DNA of 64,000 nucleotides from a virus, in IMG/VR virus record IMGVR_UViG_3300042146_000099, positions 1 through 64,000 of that record; one strand, given 5' to 3'. Below the pieces are notes generated by a model. The model made no database searches, was not told the DNA's origin, and saw only the letters and a program-made list of their open reading frames with translations. Below, piece by piece: positions 8,792-18,211 of the stretch. The stretch's first letter is position 1; every line of letters begins with the position of its first letter. The translations under genes and the position numbers were made by a program.

Positions 8792-9687
8792 GCGCCGGGG
8801 AGAGGGCCGTCGAGTTGGCGGCTGCGGTGGAGGCTGCGGGTGGTGCGTTGCCGCTGCCGGTCGGGCCGCAGATGCCGGACTTCCCGCCGCCACCCGTGAC
8901 CGAGGTGGAGAAGCTCCACGCGGAGAGGGCGCGCCTTCAAGGTCTTCTCGCTGAGGCGGTCGCTGATGCGCACCGGGCTCGCCGCGAGCGGGACGAGATG
9001 CGTGAGCGGGTGTCGGAGCCGTACGGCTGCACGCACTGCGGGATCACGAAGCGCGGCCATGGCCGCCGGTGGACGACGGGCGTGGGGTATCACGCGTGGA
9101 CTGCGCCGCCGGAGGGTCAGGTCGCGGAGCGGATGAAGGCTCGGCGCACGGTGCGGTTGGCGGCGCGTGCGGGCGAGTTGGGGCGGCTGCGGGCGCAGGT
9201 TGAGGCGCTGCTTGTGGAGCGGCACTCGACGAACGAGGCGCTTGATGACGTGGTGCAGGCGCTGCGGGCGAAGGAGTCGTCTGCTCTGCCGTGGGCGCAC
9301 GCGATGGACGACGGCGACCTGAGTGGCTTCCTCGATGATCTGGTGTCTGCGGCGCTGAACCGGTGGCGGCATGACCCGGAGGTGCCGGACCGGGAGACGC
9401 TCGCGGACATCGAGAAGGTGTGCGCGGACTGGCGGACGCCGGGTCAGGGATTGCGGAGTGATGAGCCTGAGGCGCCGGGTCCGGACGCGGAGGCGGATGG
9501 GATCACGCGGCGGATCGCTCCGACGCAGGCTCTGCACGAGGAGCGTGCGGCGGGGGAGACGGATCCGGGGCGGCGTGCGGCGTGGCGGATGCTCGCGGAG
9601 CCGGAGCCTGAGTTCCACGAGTTCCTGTACCACCCGTACACGAAGGGCCACGACCGGCCCGAGACGGGCGGTGACGGCCGTGGCTGA
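8788..9687 (+). CDS. Hypothetical protein with coiled coils and CxxC
   Basis: GTGA overlap; GCTHCG motif. Confidence 0.65.
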   Translation: MSAGERAVELAAAVEAAGGALPLPVGPQMPDFPPPPVTEVEKLHAERARLQGLLAEAVADAHRARRERDEMRERVSEPYGCTHCGITKRGHGRRWTTGVGYHAWTAPPEGQVAERMKARRTVRLAARAGELGRLRAQVEALLVERHSTNEALDDVVQALRAKESSALPWAHAMDDGDLSGFLDDLVSAALNRWRHDPEVPDRETLADIEKVCADWRTPGQGLRSDEPEAPGPDAEADGITRRIAPTQALHEERAAGETDPGRRAAWRMLAEPEPEFHEFLYHPYTKGHDRPETGGDGRG

Positions 9688-10084
9688 CACCACCCGGAAG
9701 GCGATGCTTACGGTCGCCGCCCACGCGAAGGACGCCGACGACTGCCGCGAGCTGCTGGACATGCTCGGCATCGCCCCGACCGCGCCGAAGCGTCGTGGCC
9801 GCCCGCGTGGTGAGTACGGCCACGGCCACCCGACGAGGTACGCGCAGGGCTGCCGCTGCACCGAGTGCCGGGCTGCGAACGCCGAGCGGCAGCGGGTACA
9901 GCAGCGGCGCCGCATCGGCGATCCCGAGGCGGCCGACCGTGCGGGGCACGGTAACGCGTCGACGTACCAGAACTACGGCTGCCGTTGCCGTCCGTGCACG
10001 GAGGCGAACACCGCGAAGAGTCTCGCGTACAAGGCGCGGCGTCGTGAGCGTGCGGCGCTTGCCGAGACGGGCGGTGGGTCGTGA
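9680..10084 (+). CDS. Putative Zn-finger protein with two HG-x3-Y-x2/3-GCRC-x2-C repeats
   Basis: HGHPTRYAQGCRCTEC and HGNASTYQNYGCRCRPC. Confidence 0.7.
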   Translation: MADTTRKAMLTVAAHAKDADDCRELLDMLGIAPTAPKRRGRPRGEYGHGHPTRYAQGCRCTECRAANAERQRVQQRRRIGDPEAADRAGHGNASTYQNYGCRCRPCTEANTAKSLAYKARRRERAALAETGGGS

Positions 10085-10329
10085 CCGGCCTGTCTCTCGG
10101 CGAGGTCTTCTTCCTCGCTCTCGGCATCGGCGGGTTCGTCCGCTTCGGCTGGTGCCTGGTCTACCTGATCGGCGACGAAGAGCCGATGCCCGCATGGCTG
10201 GACAAGGCCCTGGACGTCGTTGTCGGGCTTGTGCTCGCTGCGGTCGCTGCTGTCAGGCGCCAGGCCATGACGGCTGCCGCGCTCCTCGCTCTCCTCCTCC
10301 CTGCCAGCCCGGAAGGGGCCACGTCATGA
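10081..10329 (+). CDS. Small membrane protein
   Basis: Hydrophobic segments; coupled start and stop. Confidence 0.6.
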   Translation: MTGLSLGEVFFLALGIGGFVRFGWCLVYLIGDEEPMPAWLDKALDVVVGLVLAAVAAVRRQAMTAAALLALLLPASPEGATS

Positions 10330-10706
10330 ACCGCCTGCGTCTGTACCTGCACCGCCTGTTCCGCCGCCCCGCGATCACCAACCCGATGCGGATCTACACC
10401 CGCCGCATCCCGGACGGGCTGATGCTCGACTTCGAGGAGTACTTCACGTACGTGGTCGAGCAGATCGCGGACAACGAAGACATGCTCGCCCTGTTCATGG
10501 AGATCGTCGACGACCGGGCCACGTCCCGCGAGCACGACGGGTGGGAGCCGGAGCGGCTGTACGTGGAACAGCTCGCAGGGATGGTGGGTCACGAGATCCC
10601 GTTCCGTGGCAAGGCGCTGGCCGCGCTGGCAGACCGGCTGCGGGCTGGGGTGCCGACTGGGTCTGTGTCGCTCCCCGCGCAGCGCCAGATCGGTGGTGCG
10701 GCATGA
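10326..10706 (+). CDS. Hypothetical protein
   Basis: ATGA overlap. Confidence 0.65.
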   Translation: MNRLRLYLHRLFRRPAITNPMRIYTRRIPDGLMLDFEEYFTYVVEQIADNEDMLALFMEIVDDRATSREHDGWEPERLYVEQLAGMVGHEIPFRGKALAALADRLRAGVPTGSVSLPAQRQIGGAA

Positions 10707-11242
10707 GCGATCCCACCTGGATCTGCACGAACAACCCGTGGCACGACTGGGACGGCCTGACCTGCCGCTGGTGCGACGCCACCCGCACTCCCGCTGAGGC
10801 GATCGTGTCGGGGCTCGCCAGCAGGCGGGGCGGGACTGAGGACGCCGCGAAGGCGCTCCTCGACGCACACCGCTCCGAGGTCCTCGCCGAGGCCGACCTG
10901 CTCCCCAAGGCGAACGTCGTGGCCTGGCTGGTAAAGAAGGCCCGCGAGGACACCCCGGTGTGGCAACTCGCCTCGAAGGTCGACCGTGGCGCGGTCCGCC
11001 CGGACAACCTGCGGATGCTGCCGCCGGATTTCTTCGAGCCTGGCCACTCCTACACCCACCGCGACGGCACCGACTTCCACTGTGTCGCGGTCACCGCCCA
11101 CCCGCAGACCGGTGAGCGGCTCGCGATGGGCTGGCACGTCGACAGCTGGGGCTTGCACTACCCGGCCACCGTCGGCATCAACCAGTGGCGCCACGAGTAC
11201 GACGGCGTGCAGCCGCCGACCAGCACCGAGGCCGCCGAGTGA
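10703..11242 (+). CDS. Hypothetical protein
   Basis: ATGA overlap; C-terminal DFFEPGHSY...F.CVAVTAHP..GE domain familiar from Streptomyces phages. Confidence 0.65.
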   Translation: MSDPTWICTNNPWHDWDGLTCRWCDATRTPAEAIVSGLASRRGGTEDAAKALLDAHRSEVLAEADLLPKANVVAWLVKKAREDTPVWQLASKVDRGAVRPDNLRMLPPDFFEPGHSYTHRDGTDFHCVAVTAHPQTGERLAMGWHVDSWGLHYPATVGINQWRHEYDGVQPPTSTEAAE

Positions 11243-11421
11243 CCGCCCGCCAATTGCGGACCGCCCTCCACTGGACGGCCGTCACCGCCGCCGCCCTCCT
11301 CTTCGCCCAATGGGGCCCCTTCGACGGCTGGCAAGCCACCGCCACCACCACGGTCATCGCAGCCGGGGTCGGGCTGATCGGACTCGCCACCGCACCACAC
11401 CCGAACGGAGCCCAACGATGA
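11239..11421 (+). CDS. Small membrane protein
   Basis: Two hydrophobic segments; GTGA overlap. Confidence 0.55.
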   Translation: MTARQLRTALHWTAVTAAALLFAQWGPFDGWQATATTTVIAAGVGLIGLATAPHPNGAQR

Positions 11422-11678
11422 CGACCGCCACGTCTGCCGGCCCCACCGGACGGCTCGCCTACCTCCTCGACGCCATCCGCGCACAAGGCGGCCGCTGGAC
11501 CACCAGCAAAGCATTCAACGCCTACCGCAACCTGCCGCAACTCGCCGCGATGGGGCCCGGCCAGATCCGCATCGCCGCCCGCGGCGACCTCCGCGACCTC
11601 GCCGCGTGGGGCTGGCTCACCGCCCACGACGACGCCGGCCGCCGCGAGTACACCCTCAACGCCCGAAAGGACCACTAG
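11418..11678 (+). CDS. Small winged-helix-like hypothetical protein
   Basis: ARGDLRDLAAWGWL...RREYTL pattern. Confidence 0.6.
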   Translation: MTTATSAGPTGRLAYLLDAIRAQGGRWTTSKAFNAYRNLPQLAAMGPGQIRIAARGDLRDLAAWGWLTAHDDAGRREYTLNARKDH

Positions 11679-12532
11679 TGACCCGCCTGACCGAACAGCA
11701 GGTTGGATTCCTGCTCCAGCCCATCAGCGGCAACCGCGTCCGCAACCTGCGCGGCATGTCCCACCTCGAAGCATGGGACGTGCGCCGCCAACTGATCCGC
11801 ATCTTCGGCTTCGATGGCTTCACCGTCGAGACCCTCTCACTGGAACTCGTCCACGAGCGGGGCGACCAGCGGAAGAAGAAGAACAGCAACGACACCTACA
11901 CCGCGTGGACGATCGTCTACCGGGCGCAGGTCCGCCTCACGGTCAGGACCACGGACGGGCAGGTCATCGCCACGTTCGAGGACGCCGCCGCCGGGGACGC
12001 CGTCAACCAGCCGTCCGTCGGCGACGCCCACGACCTCGCCATGAAGACGGCCCTGTCGCAGGCGCTGAAGCGATGCGCGGTCAACCTCGGCGACCAGTTC
12101 GGGCTGTCCCTGTACAACGACGGTTCGCGAGACGCGGTGGTCATGCGGTCGCTGGCGTACATGGGCGAGCCGGTGAAGGAGTCGGAGGACACCCCCGTCG
12201 GCAGCGAGCCGACGCCGCAAGGCCAGGCCACCGAGCCCGAGCCGGACCCGACGACCCCGGCCAGCGCTGCCACCCCGGCTCAACAAGCGCCACCCGCGCC
12301 CGTCGCCGTGCCGGACCCCCCGCAACAGCAGCGTCCCGGCTCGATGCCCCCCGCTGGCCCGAACGAGCGGCAGACCGCCCTCGACGCAATGTGGGACGCC
12401 GCCCGCGCCGCCGCCTTTGTCGACGGCCTTCCCGCCCAGTTCGAGTCGGCGTTCGGCCACGCCATCGAGCAGGGCACCGCCGCCGAGTTCCGGCAGGCCA
12501 CTGATCTGATGCGCGGCTCCGTCGCCGCCTGA
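11678..12532 (+). CDS. Rad52/Rad22-family single-strand annealing protein
   Basis: SHLEAWDVRRQLIRIFGF...AMKTALSQALKRCAVNLGDQFGLSLY. Confidence 0.9.
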   Translation: MTRLTEQQVGFLLQPISGNRVRNLRGMSHLEAWDVRRQLIRIFGFDGFTVETLSLELVHERGDQRKKKNSNDTYTAWTIVYRAQVRLTVRTTDGQVIATFEDAAAGDAVNQPSVGDAHDLAMKTALSQALKRCAVNLGDQFGLSLYNDGSRDAVVMRSLAYMGEPVKESEDTPVGSEPTPQGQATEPEPDPTTPASAATPAQQAPPAPVAVPDPPQQQRPGSMPPAGPNERQTALDAMWDAARAAAFVDGLPAQFESAFGHAIEQGTAAEFRQATDLMRGSVAA

Positions 12533-12550
12533 CCACCTGCCGCACACCAA

Positions 12551-12579
12551 GGGGCGCCCCGCGGCTATCGGGGCGCCCC
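12551..12579 (+). terminator. Intergenic GC hairpin
   Basis: GGGGCGCCCCG-N7-CGGGGCGCCCC. Confidence 0.5.
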
Positions 12580-12596
12580 GCCCACCAGGAGATCAC

Positions 12597-13124
12597 ATGA
12601 ACGTGAAGGAAGCAGCGGCCAGGGCCGCTGTCCTCGACACCTTGCACAAGGCCATCGGCGACGAGTTGAAGGCCGCCAAGCGCGACCTGGAGGACGGGCT
12701 GCGCGCCGCGAAGGCGGAGACCGGAACCCAGAAGGTCGCCATCAGCCTCGACGAGCAGCAGGACATCGGGACCGCCAGCCTCGTCCAGCCAGCCGCCGCG
12801 GCCATCGTCGCCGACGCCGAGAAGTTCAAGGCGTGGGTGATGGACCACTACGCGAGCGAGATCGAGCGGAAGTTCGTCACCGAGGTCCGCACCTCGTTCA
12901 CCGCCCGCCTGCTGAAGGAGATGACCGCTGCGGGGGTCGCGCAGTGGGCGGACCCAGAGACGGGCGAGATCCACGACGTGCCGGGCGTGGAGATGCAGGG
13001 CCGGGCCGCGTACACGCGGCTGACGGTGCCGGACGCGGGTAAGCAGGCGATCGGTCAGGCCTGGCAGTCGGGCGCGCTCTCGCATCTGGTGCTTCCCCAG
13101 CTCGCCGCTGGAGGTGCCGAATGA
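12597..13124 (+). CDS. Hypothetical protein of the recombination module
   Basis: AGGAG RBS; C-terminal DPETGEI..VPGV motif. Confidence 0.7.
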   Translation: MNVKEAAARAAVLDTLHKAIGDELKAAKRDLEDGLRAAKAETGTQKVAISLDEQQDIGTASLVQPAAAAIVADAEKFKAWVMDHYASEIERKFVTEVRTSFTARLLKEMTAAGVAQWADPETGEIHDVPGVEMQGRAAYTRLTVPDAGKQAIGQAWQSGALSHLVLPQLAAGGAE

Positions 13125-13867
13125 GTGCCAACCCGCAGCTCGGTCCGACCCGTGCCTTCGATCTCCCGTGGCACCGCGGACCGCTCGCCTCGTACGACTG
13201 CGAGACGAACGGCGTCAACACCGCCGAGGCCCGCATCGTCACCGCCGCCCTGGTCCGCCCCAACGGGCGGGTGCTGGAGTGGCTGTCGGACCTCGACGGG
13301 GCCACGATTCCCGAGGGCGCCTACAAGGTGCACGGCATCAGCACCGAGCACGCCCACGCCCACGGCCGACCGGCCAAGGCAGTCGTCGAGGAGATCGCCG
13401 ACGCCATCGCGGGTGAGCTGTCCGCCGGGCGCGCGTCGCTGGTGGTGATGAACGCGCCTTTCGATCTGCCGCTACTGGACGCTGAGTGCGCCCGGTACGG
13501 GGTGGAGACGGTGGCGGACCGGATCGGCTGCGTCGAGCCCGTGATTGATCCGCTCGTCCTGGATCGGTACGTGGACCGGTACCGGTCCGGGAAGCGGACG
13601 TTGGAGGCGCTGGCCGCGCACTACAAGGTGACGTTGACCGACGCGCACACCGCGAAGGCCGACGCCCTGGCCGCGCTCGGCGTCGCTGTGCGGATCGGCG
13701 AGCAGTACCCGCAGTTGCAGCTTCCGGCGCACCGGATCCACTTGAACCAGGTGCACTGGCATGCGGCGTGGGCCGCGAACTTCCAGAAGTACCTGCGGGG
13801 TAAGGGCCAGGCGGACGCGGTGATCGACGGCACGTGGCCGCTCCGTCCGGTCGGGAGCGCGTCGTGA
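13121..13867 (+). CDS. DnaQ-like 3'-5' exonuclease (DEDDh)
   Basis: YDCETNG, VHGIS, MNAPFD and AHTAKADA motifs. Confidence 0.92.
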   Translation: MSANPQLGPTRAFDLPWHRGPLASYDCETNGVNTAEARIVTAALVRPNGRVLEWLSDLDGATIPEGAYKVHGISTEHAHAHGRPAKAVVEEIADAIAGELSAGRASLVVMNAPFDLPLLDAECARYGVETVADRIGCVEPVIDPLVLDRYVDRYRSGKRTLEALAAHYKVTLTDAHTAKADALAALGVAVRIGEQYPQLQLPAHRIHLNQVHWHAAWAANFQKYLRGKGQADAVIDGTWPLRPVGSAS

Positions 13868-14193
13868 AGTGGGTGAGCGGCGCCAAGCACGCCGCCCTTC
13901 AGGCCCGCTGTGACCGCACCGCCCGCGAACTGGAGAGCGCCGACAAACTCTCCGCGGAGCGCCTCGCCACCATCACCCGGCTGCGCGCCGAGCTGGAGCA
14001 GCTGCGGGACGCCAAGCCGAACAGCCCCGTCCAGCAGCCGCAGCCCGTCGTCGGGGACGCCGAGCTCCGCCGTCAGCTCAACCTCGCGTACCGCACGATC
14101 CGCGAGCAGGCCGCCCAGCTGGAGCGGCTGCAGGACTCGCACATCGCGGACACCCGCGAACTGCACGACCTGCGGCAGGGGGCGGCGTCGTGA
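13864..14193 (+). CDS. Coiled-coil hypothetical protein
   Basis: GTGA overlap; heptad pattern. Confidence 0.6.
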   Translation: MKWVSGAKHAALQARCDRTARELESADKLSAERLATITRLRAELEQLRDAKPNSPVQQPQPVVGDAELRRQLNLAYRTIREQAAQLERLQDSHIADTRELHDLRQGAAS

Positions 14194-14495
14194 GGATCTC
14201 CCGCCGCGAGCTGGAGGCTCGCATCCGCCGCCAGGCCAACCGTATCGACGGGCTGATCGTCGAGCGGGACACGTTCGAGAAGAACGCGGCCGCCGCCGTG
14301 TACGCCCTGGAGCAGGTCGCGGGCGAACTGTCCCGCGCGAAGGACGTCGTGGCCATGGCGATCGTCGCGGCCGGCCACCCGTCGACCGTCGTCCACGACG
14401 TCCGCTCGTTCGCCGACTCGCTGCGTGAAGCCCTCGCCGCCAGCGGCGTGGATCTGCGCCTGGAGCTCGCCCGACTGGAAGGGGCAGAGCTGTGA
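14190..14495 (+). CDS. Hypothetical protein
   Basis: Coupled ORF. Confidence 0.6.
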   Translation: MRISRRELEARIRRQANRIDGLIVERDTFEKNAAAAVYALEQVAGELSRAKDVVAMAIVAAGHPSTVVHDVRSFADSLREALAASGVDLRLELARLEGAEL

Positions 14496-14839
14496 ACGAC
14501 CGGATCACTGCCGGGGCGATGGTCCTGATGGTCGACCTCGCCGCCGCCGCACAGTTGGCCCGCTGGTACGTACGTCCGCTCGCCGGGCCGGGCCGCCACC
14601 GGATGCCGAAGCCGCCACTGCGGGACGTGCTGGACGAGGTCACGTTGCAGGAACTGCTGCCGCCGTGGCCCGAGCCCGAAACCCCGTACGGGGCGGCCGT
14701 GGCGCAGGGCTGGCGCTGGTGCCCGAACTGCGTGCGGACCGAACCCGCAGTGCTGAACCGCCACGGCTGGACATGCGGGCACTGCCTCGAAGCCGTACCC
14801 GCCGACACCACCACGATCACCACGGGGGCCCGCCCATGA
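14492..14839 (+). CDS. Hypothetical protein with C-terminal Zn ribbon
   Basis: WCPNC...WTCGHC. Confidence 0.6.
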   Translation: MNDRITAGAMVLMVDLAAAAQLARWYVRPLAGPGRHRMPKPPLRDVLDEVTLQELLPPWPEPETPYGAAVAQGWRWCPNCVRTEPAVLNRHGWTCGHCLEAVPADTTTITTGARP

Positions 14840-15426
14840 CCACACTGTTCGACGCGCCGGAAGACGTCCGTAGCGTCCGGCACGGCCGATCGGAACCTCC
14901 CCGATCCTTGAAGGTCTGCGGCCTCGACCTGGCGATCGGCGCCACTGGCATCTGCCTTCCCGATGGCACTGCCGCCACCATCAAGCCCGCGCTCAAGGAA
15001 GACGCGCGCCTCATCGAGATCCGCGACCGCATCGCCCAACTCCACGACGAACGCCACGCTACCGACCTCGTCGTCCTCGAAGACGTTCCCGCCACCATGA
15101 AGGGCGCCGCCGGGAAGATCATCCCGATGCTGCACGGAGCCGTGCGCGCGATGCTCATGGACGCGGGCATGCCGTACGCGGTGATCCCGCCCTCCACATT
15201 GAAGGCGTTCGCGACCGGCAAGGGCAACGCGGACAAGACCGCCATGGCGATGGCCGCGTACAAGCGGACCGGGCGGGAGTTCAGCGACGACAACCAGTGC
15301 GACGCCTTCTGGCTCCGCGCGGCCGCCCTCGACCACTACGGGCAGCCGGAGTTCAGCCTCCCCGCAGCACAGCGTGAACGGCTCGCCAAGGTCGTGTGGC
15401 CCGACCTCAAGGCGGTGGCCCGGTGA
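14836..15426 (+). CDS. RuvC-like Holliday junction resolvase
   Basis: GLDL...TG, VVLED, PSTLKAFATGKGNADK, DNQCDA motifs. Confidence 0.88.
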   Translation: MTTLFDAPEDVRSVRHGRSEPPRSLKVCGLDLAIGATGICLPDGTAATIKPALKEDARLIEIRDRIAQLHDERHATDLVVLEDVPATMKGAAGKIIPMLHGAVRAMLMDAGMPYAVIPPSTLKAFATGKGNADKTAMAMAAYKRTGREFSDDNQCDAFWLRAAALDHYGQPEFSLPAAQRERLAKVVWPDLKAVAR

Positions 15427-15686
15427 GCGTGCCGCAGATCTACACCGTCATCGTCCTCGCCGTCCTCGGTGCGATCGTCTGCGCCTGGCAGGTCCGCCGC
15501 GCTCTCCGCGAACCGTCGGAGCGGGACCGCATCGTCGCCGAAGCCCGCGCCCAGGCCAGCCTCGTCCTCGACGACCACGCGCCCGGCATCAACACCGGCT
15601 GGCAAGACATCTGCGAACTCATCTACTCCCTGCCCGCCGCCAACCGGCACCTCAGCCAAGAACACCGGAAGGAGGAAGAAGCATGA
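15423..15686 (+). CDS. Small membrane-anchored protein
   Basis: N-terminal TM segment; GTGA overlap. Confidence 0.55.
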   Translation: MSVPQIYTVIVLAVLGAIVCAWQVRRALREPSERDRIVAEARAQASLVLDDHAPGINTGWQDICELIYSLPAANRHLSQEHRKEEEA

Positions 15687-16414
15687 GGCGCCCAAAGGTC
15701 CTCGACCTTTTCTGCTGCGCTGGCGGAGCAGGCATGGGCTACTGGCGCGCCGGCTTCGACGTCGTCGGCGTCGACATCGTGCCCCGGCCGCGCTACCCCT
15801 TCCGCTTCATCGAAGGCGACGCCCTGGACGCGATGCGGGAAATGTGCCAGGACTTCAACCTCGTCCACGCCTCCCCGCCCTGCCAACCCGGCTGCACCCT
15901 CACCAAAGGCACCAACCGCGGCCGCCAGTACGCCGACTTCATCCCGCAGATGCGCGAACTGTGCCTCTGGTACGGCGTGCCCTGGGTCATCGAGAACGTC
16001 ACCGGCGCCGACATCCGCAAAGACCTCACCCTCTGCGGCGAGATGTTCGGACTCGGAGTCATCCGCCACCGCCACTTCGAGATCGGCTGTGTCGGAGGCT
16101 GGCCCATCGAGCAGCCCAAGCACCTCAAGCACCGCGGCCCCGTCCGGGGCTGGCGCCACGGCGTCTACCGCGACGGTCCGTACATCGCCGCGTACGGCAA
16201 GGGCGGCGGCAAGGGGACGGTCGCCGAGATGCAGCAGGCGATGGACATCACGTGGACCGACGTTCACGAGGAGCTGACCGAGGCGATTCCGCCGGCGTAC
16301 ACGGAGTACATCGGCCGCCAGTTCATCACGACGGGCGAGTGGGGTGCCGCGTTCATTCCGGATCCGGAGGCCCGTGCGGAGGCTGTGCGGCGGGTTGAGG
16401 CGGTGGCGTCGTGA
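15683..16414 (+). CDS. Short C5-cytosine DNA methyltransferase-like protein
   Basis: LDLFCCAGG (motif I), HASPPCQ (IV), IENV (VI), RHRHFE. Confidence 0.85.
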   Translation: MRRPKVLDLFCCAGGAGMGYWRAGFDVVGVDIVPRPRYPFRFIEGDALDAMREMCQDFNLVHASPPCQPGCTLTKGTNRGRQYADFIPQMRELCLWYGVPWVIENVTGADIRKDLTLCGEMFGLGVIRHRHFEIGCVGGWPIEQPKHLKHRGPVRGWRHGVYRDGPYIAAYGKGGGKGTVAEMQQAMDITWTDVHEELTEAIPPAYTEYIGRQFITTGEWGAAFIPDPEARAEAVRRVEAVAS

Positions 16415-16983
16415 GCCACTACAACGGTTCCGTTCCCGAGACGCCCCGCAAAACCAGCTGGCGCGACCGCAGCGCCTGCCACGGCGAAGACCCCGACCTG
16501 TTCGCCCCGGAAGGCACCACTGGCCGCTGGGTTCAGGTCATCGCCGACGCCAAAGCCGTGTGCGACCGCTGCACGGTACGCCCCGACTGTCTGGCGTGGG
16601 CGCTCGAAACCCGGCAGGACCACGGCATCTACGGCGGCCTCACCGAAGACGAACGCCGTCTCCAGCTCCGGCGGACCGCCCGCGACACTCGCAAGCCCCG
16701 AGGCCCCCAACTGCCGCACCCCACCAGCCTCCAAGAGCTCCTCGACCGGCACACCACCCTGCAACCCGGCGGGCACCTCCTGTGGACCGGGGCGAAAACC
16801 CCCGACTTCCGCAGACGGCAACTCACCCCGAACCAGGTGGCGTTCATCGTCGACCGCGGATACGAGCCGAACGGGGCCGTGCACCGGCTGTGCGACGTGA
16901 AGGGGTGTGTGCAGCCGTCGCATTTGGCGGACACGCAGGAACGCCGACAGCGGGCCGCGGCGACTGAGAAGGCCAGCGCGTGA
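16411..16983 (+). CDS. whiB: WhiB-family regulator fused to a degenerate HNH-like domain
   Basis: W...AC...DPDLF...AKAVCDRCTVRPDC...GIYGGLTEDER; C-terminal WTG...HRLC...CVQPSHL. Confidence 0.88.
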   Translation: MSHYNGSVPETPRKTSWRDRSACHGEDPDLFAPEGTTGRWVQVIADAKAVCDRCTVRPDCLAWALETRQDHGIYGGLTEDERRLQLRRTARDTRKPRGPQLPHPTSLQELLDRHTTLQPGGHLLWTGAKTPDFRRRQLTPNQVAFIVDRGYEPNGAVHRLCDVKGCVQPSHLADTQERRQRAAATEKASA

Positions 16984-17198
16984 GCGCCGAGCCGGCGGGC
17001 CGTGATCCGCCGCTTCTGGACTGGCGGGACTCCTCGCATTGGAGCCACCAGCAGAAGCCCTGCCGCTACTGCGGGGGGCTGACGAACCTCCGCGACAGCA
17101 AGCACAGCCCAGCCCACAAAGCGTGCGCAGAACAAGCCCTCGCCCAGCAGGCCGCCGAGCAGGCGGACGCCTACCACAACGAAGGACACCTCGGATGA
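16980..17198 (+). CDS. Small Zn-binding protein
   Basis: PCRYCG...AHKACAE. Confidence 0.65.
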   Translation: MSAEPAGRDPPLLDWRDSSHWSHQQKPCRYCGGLTNLRDSKHSPAHKACAEQALAQQAAEQADAYHNEGHLG

Positions 17199-17347
17199 GC
17201 CACTTCACCGCTGCTCTGTTCACCGGGGCTGTGATCGCGGCGGTCGTGTACGCGGACGGCGCCCACCCGGTCACGGCGCTTGTTGTCGGCGGTGCGGTGG
17301 CGGTCGGGGTGTGGGTGCTCGCGTACGCCATCGACCGCCGCCACTGA
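17195..17347 (+). CDS. Small membrane protein
   Basis: Two hydrophobic segments; ATGA overlap. Confidence 0.55.
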   Translation: MSHFTAALFTGAVIAAVVYADGAHPVTALVVGGAVAVGVWVLAYAIDRRH

Positions 17348-17406
17348 CCACTGAAGCGCCCCGACGATCCGACCTCGCCGGGGCACCCAACCCCAAGGAG
17401 ACCACG

Positions 17407-18105
17407 ATGAACGACCCCCTCGCCTACGGCCCGAACGGAATCCGCTGCGGCTGCGGTAAGGACGCCCACTCCAACCTCGTCCCCTGCCAGCCCGACCAGC
17501 CGCTGCCCGACCACCACATCGGCCGGTCGTGGACGACGCACGAGATCGAAGACGGCTGCCCGTGCGTGAAGGCGCCGTGCGGACTCGTCGTCCAGCGCGA
17601 GGTCACCAAGGACTGCCAGCAGCACCACTGGTCCGGCGCGAAGTCCATCCGCCAGTCGCACCCGGCCGACGCGTGCCCGGGCAGCGTGCCCGTGCCCGAC
17701 CGCCCGTACACCGACGACGACCTCCGCACCGAAGCCGCCCGCCAAATCTCCGCCCACAGGCCGGACGCACACCCGGAACAGACCTACGCCGCCATGCTCG
17801 ACGCCCGCATCGAGAGCACCCGCGACACCGACGGGCCCACATGGTCCGAGGCACTCGACGCCTCCGAACTCAATGCCCCGGCTCTCGCGATCCACGCGCT
17901 CATCGAGGACGCCGCCGACACATCCCGCTGGGCCGTCGACCTCGGCGCCGACGGCCTGGAGCCCAGCGACGAGCACGTCATCACCCTTGGCGCCGACGAC
18001 AAGCCCATCGCCCGCATCCACTTCGCGTTCGAGCCCGGCATGCCCGAGGAGATGCGGACCGCGCTCGTCGAAGGCATCGGCCAGGCCATGAGCGCCTACC
18101 TCTGA
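17407..18105 (+). CDS. Hypothetical protein with Cys/His-rich N-terminus
   Basis: AAGGAG RBS; GC-rich third codon positions. Confidence 0.65.
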   Translation: MNDPLAYGPNGIRCGCGKDAHSNLVPCQPDQPLPDHHIGRSWTTHEIEDGCPCVKAPCGLVVQREVTKDCQQHHWSGAKSIRQSHPADACPGSVPVPDRPYTDDDLRTEAARQISAHRPDAHPEQTYAAMLDARIESTRDTDGPTWSEALDASELNAPALAIHALIEDAADTSRWAVDLGADGLEPSDEHVITLGADDKPIARIHFAFEPGMPEEMRTALVEGIGQAMSAYL

Positions 18106-18211
18106 GCCATCCACCCCCGGGCGGCCGACCCCCACGGCCGCCCACCGGGGCCCGCGACTTCCCTCAACCGCGGGCCCCGGGACTTCCCAACCAGACACCG
18201 AAAGGCACAGC

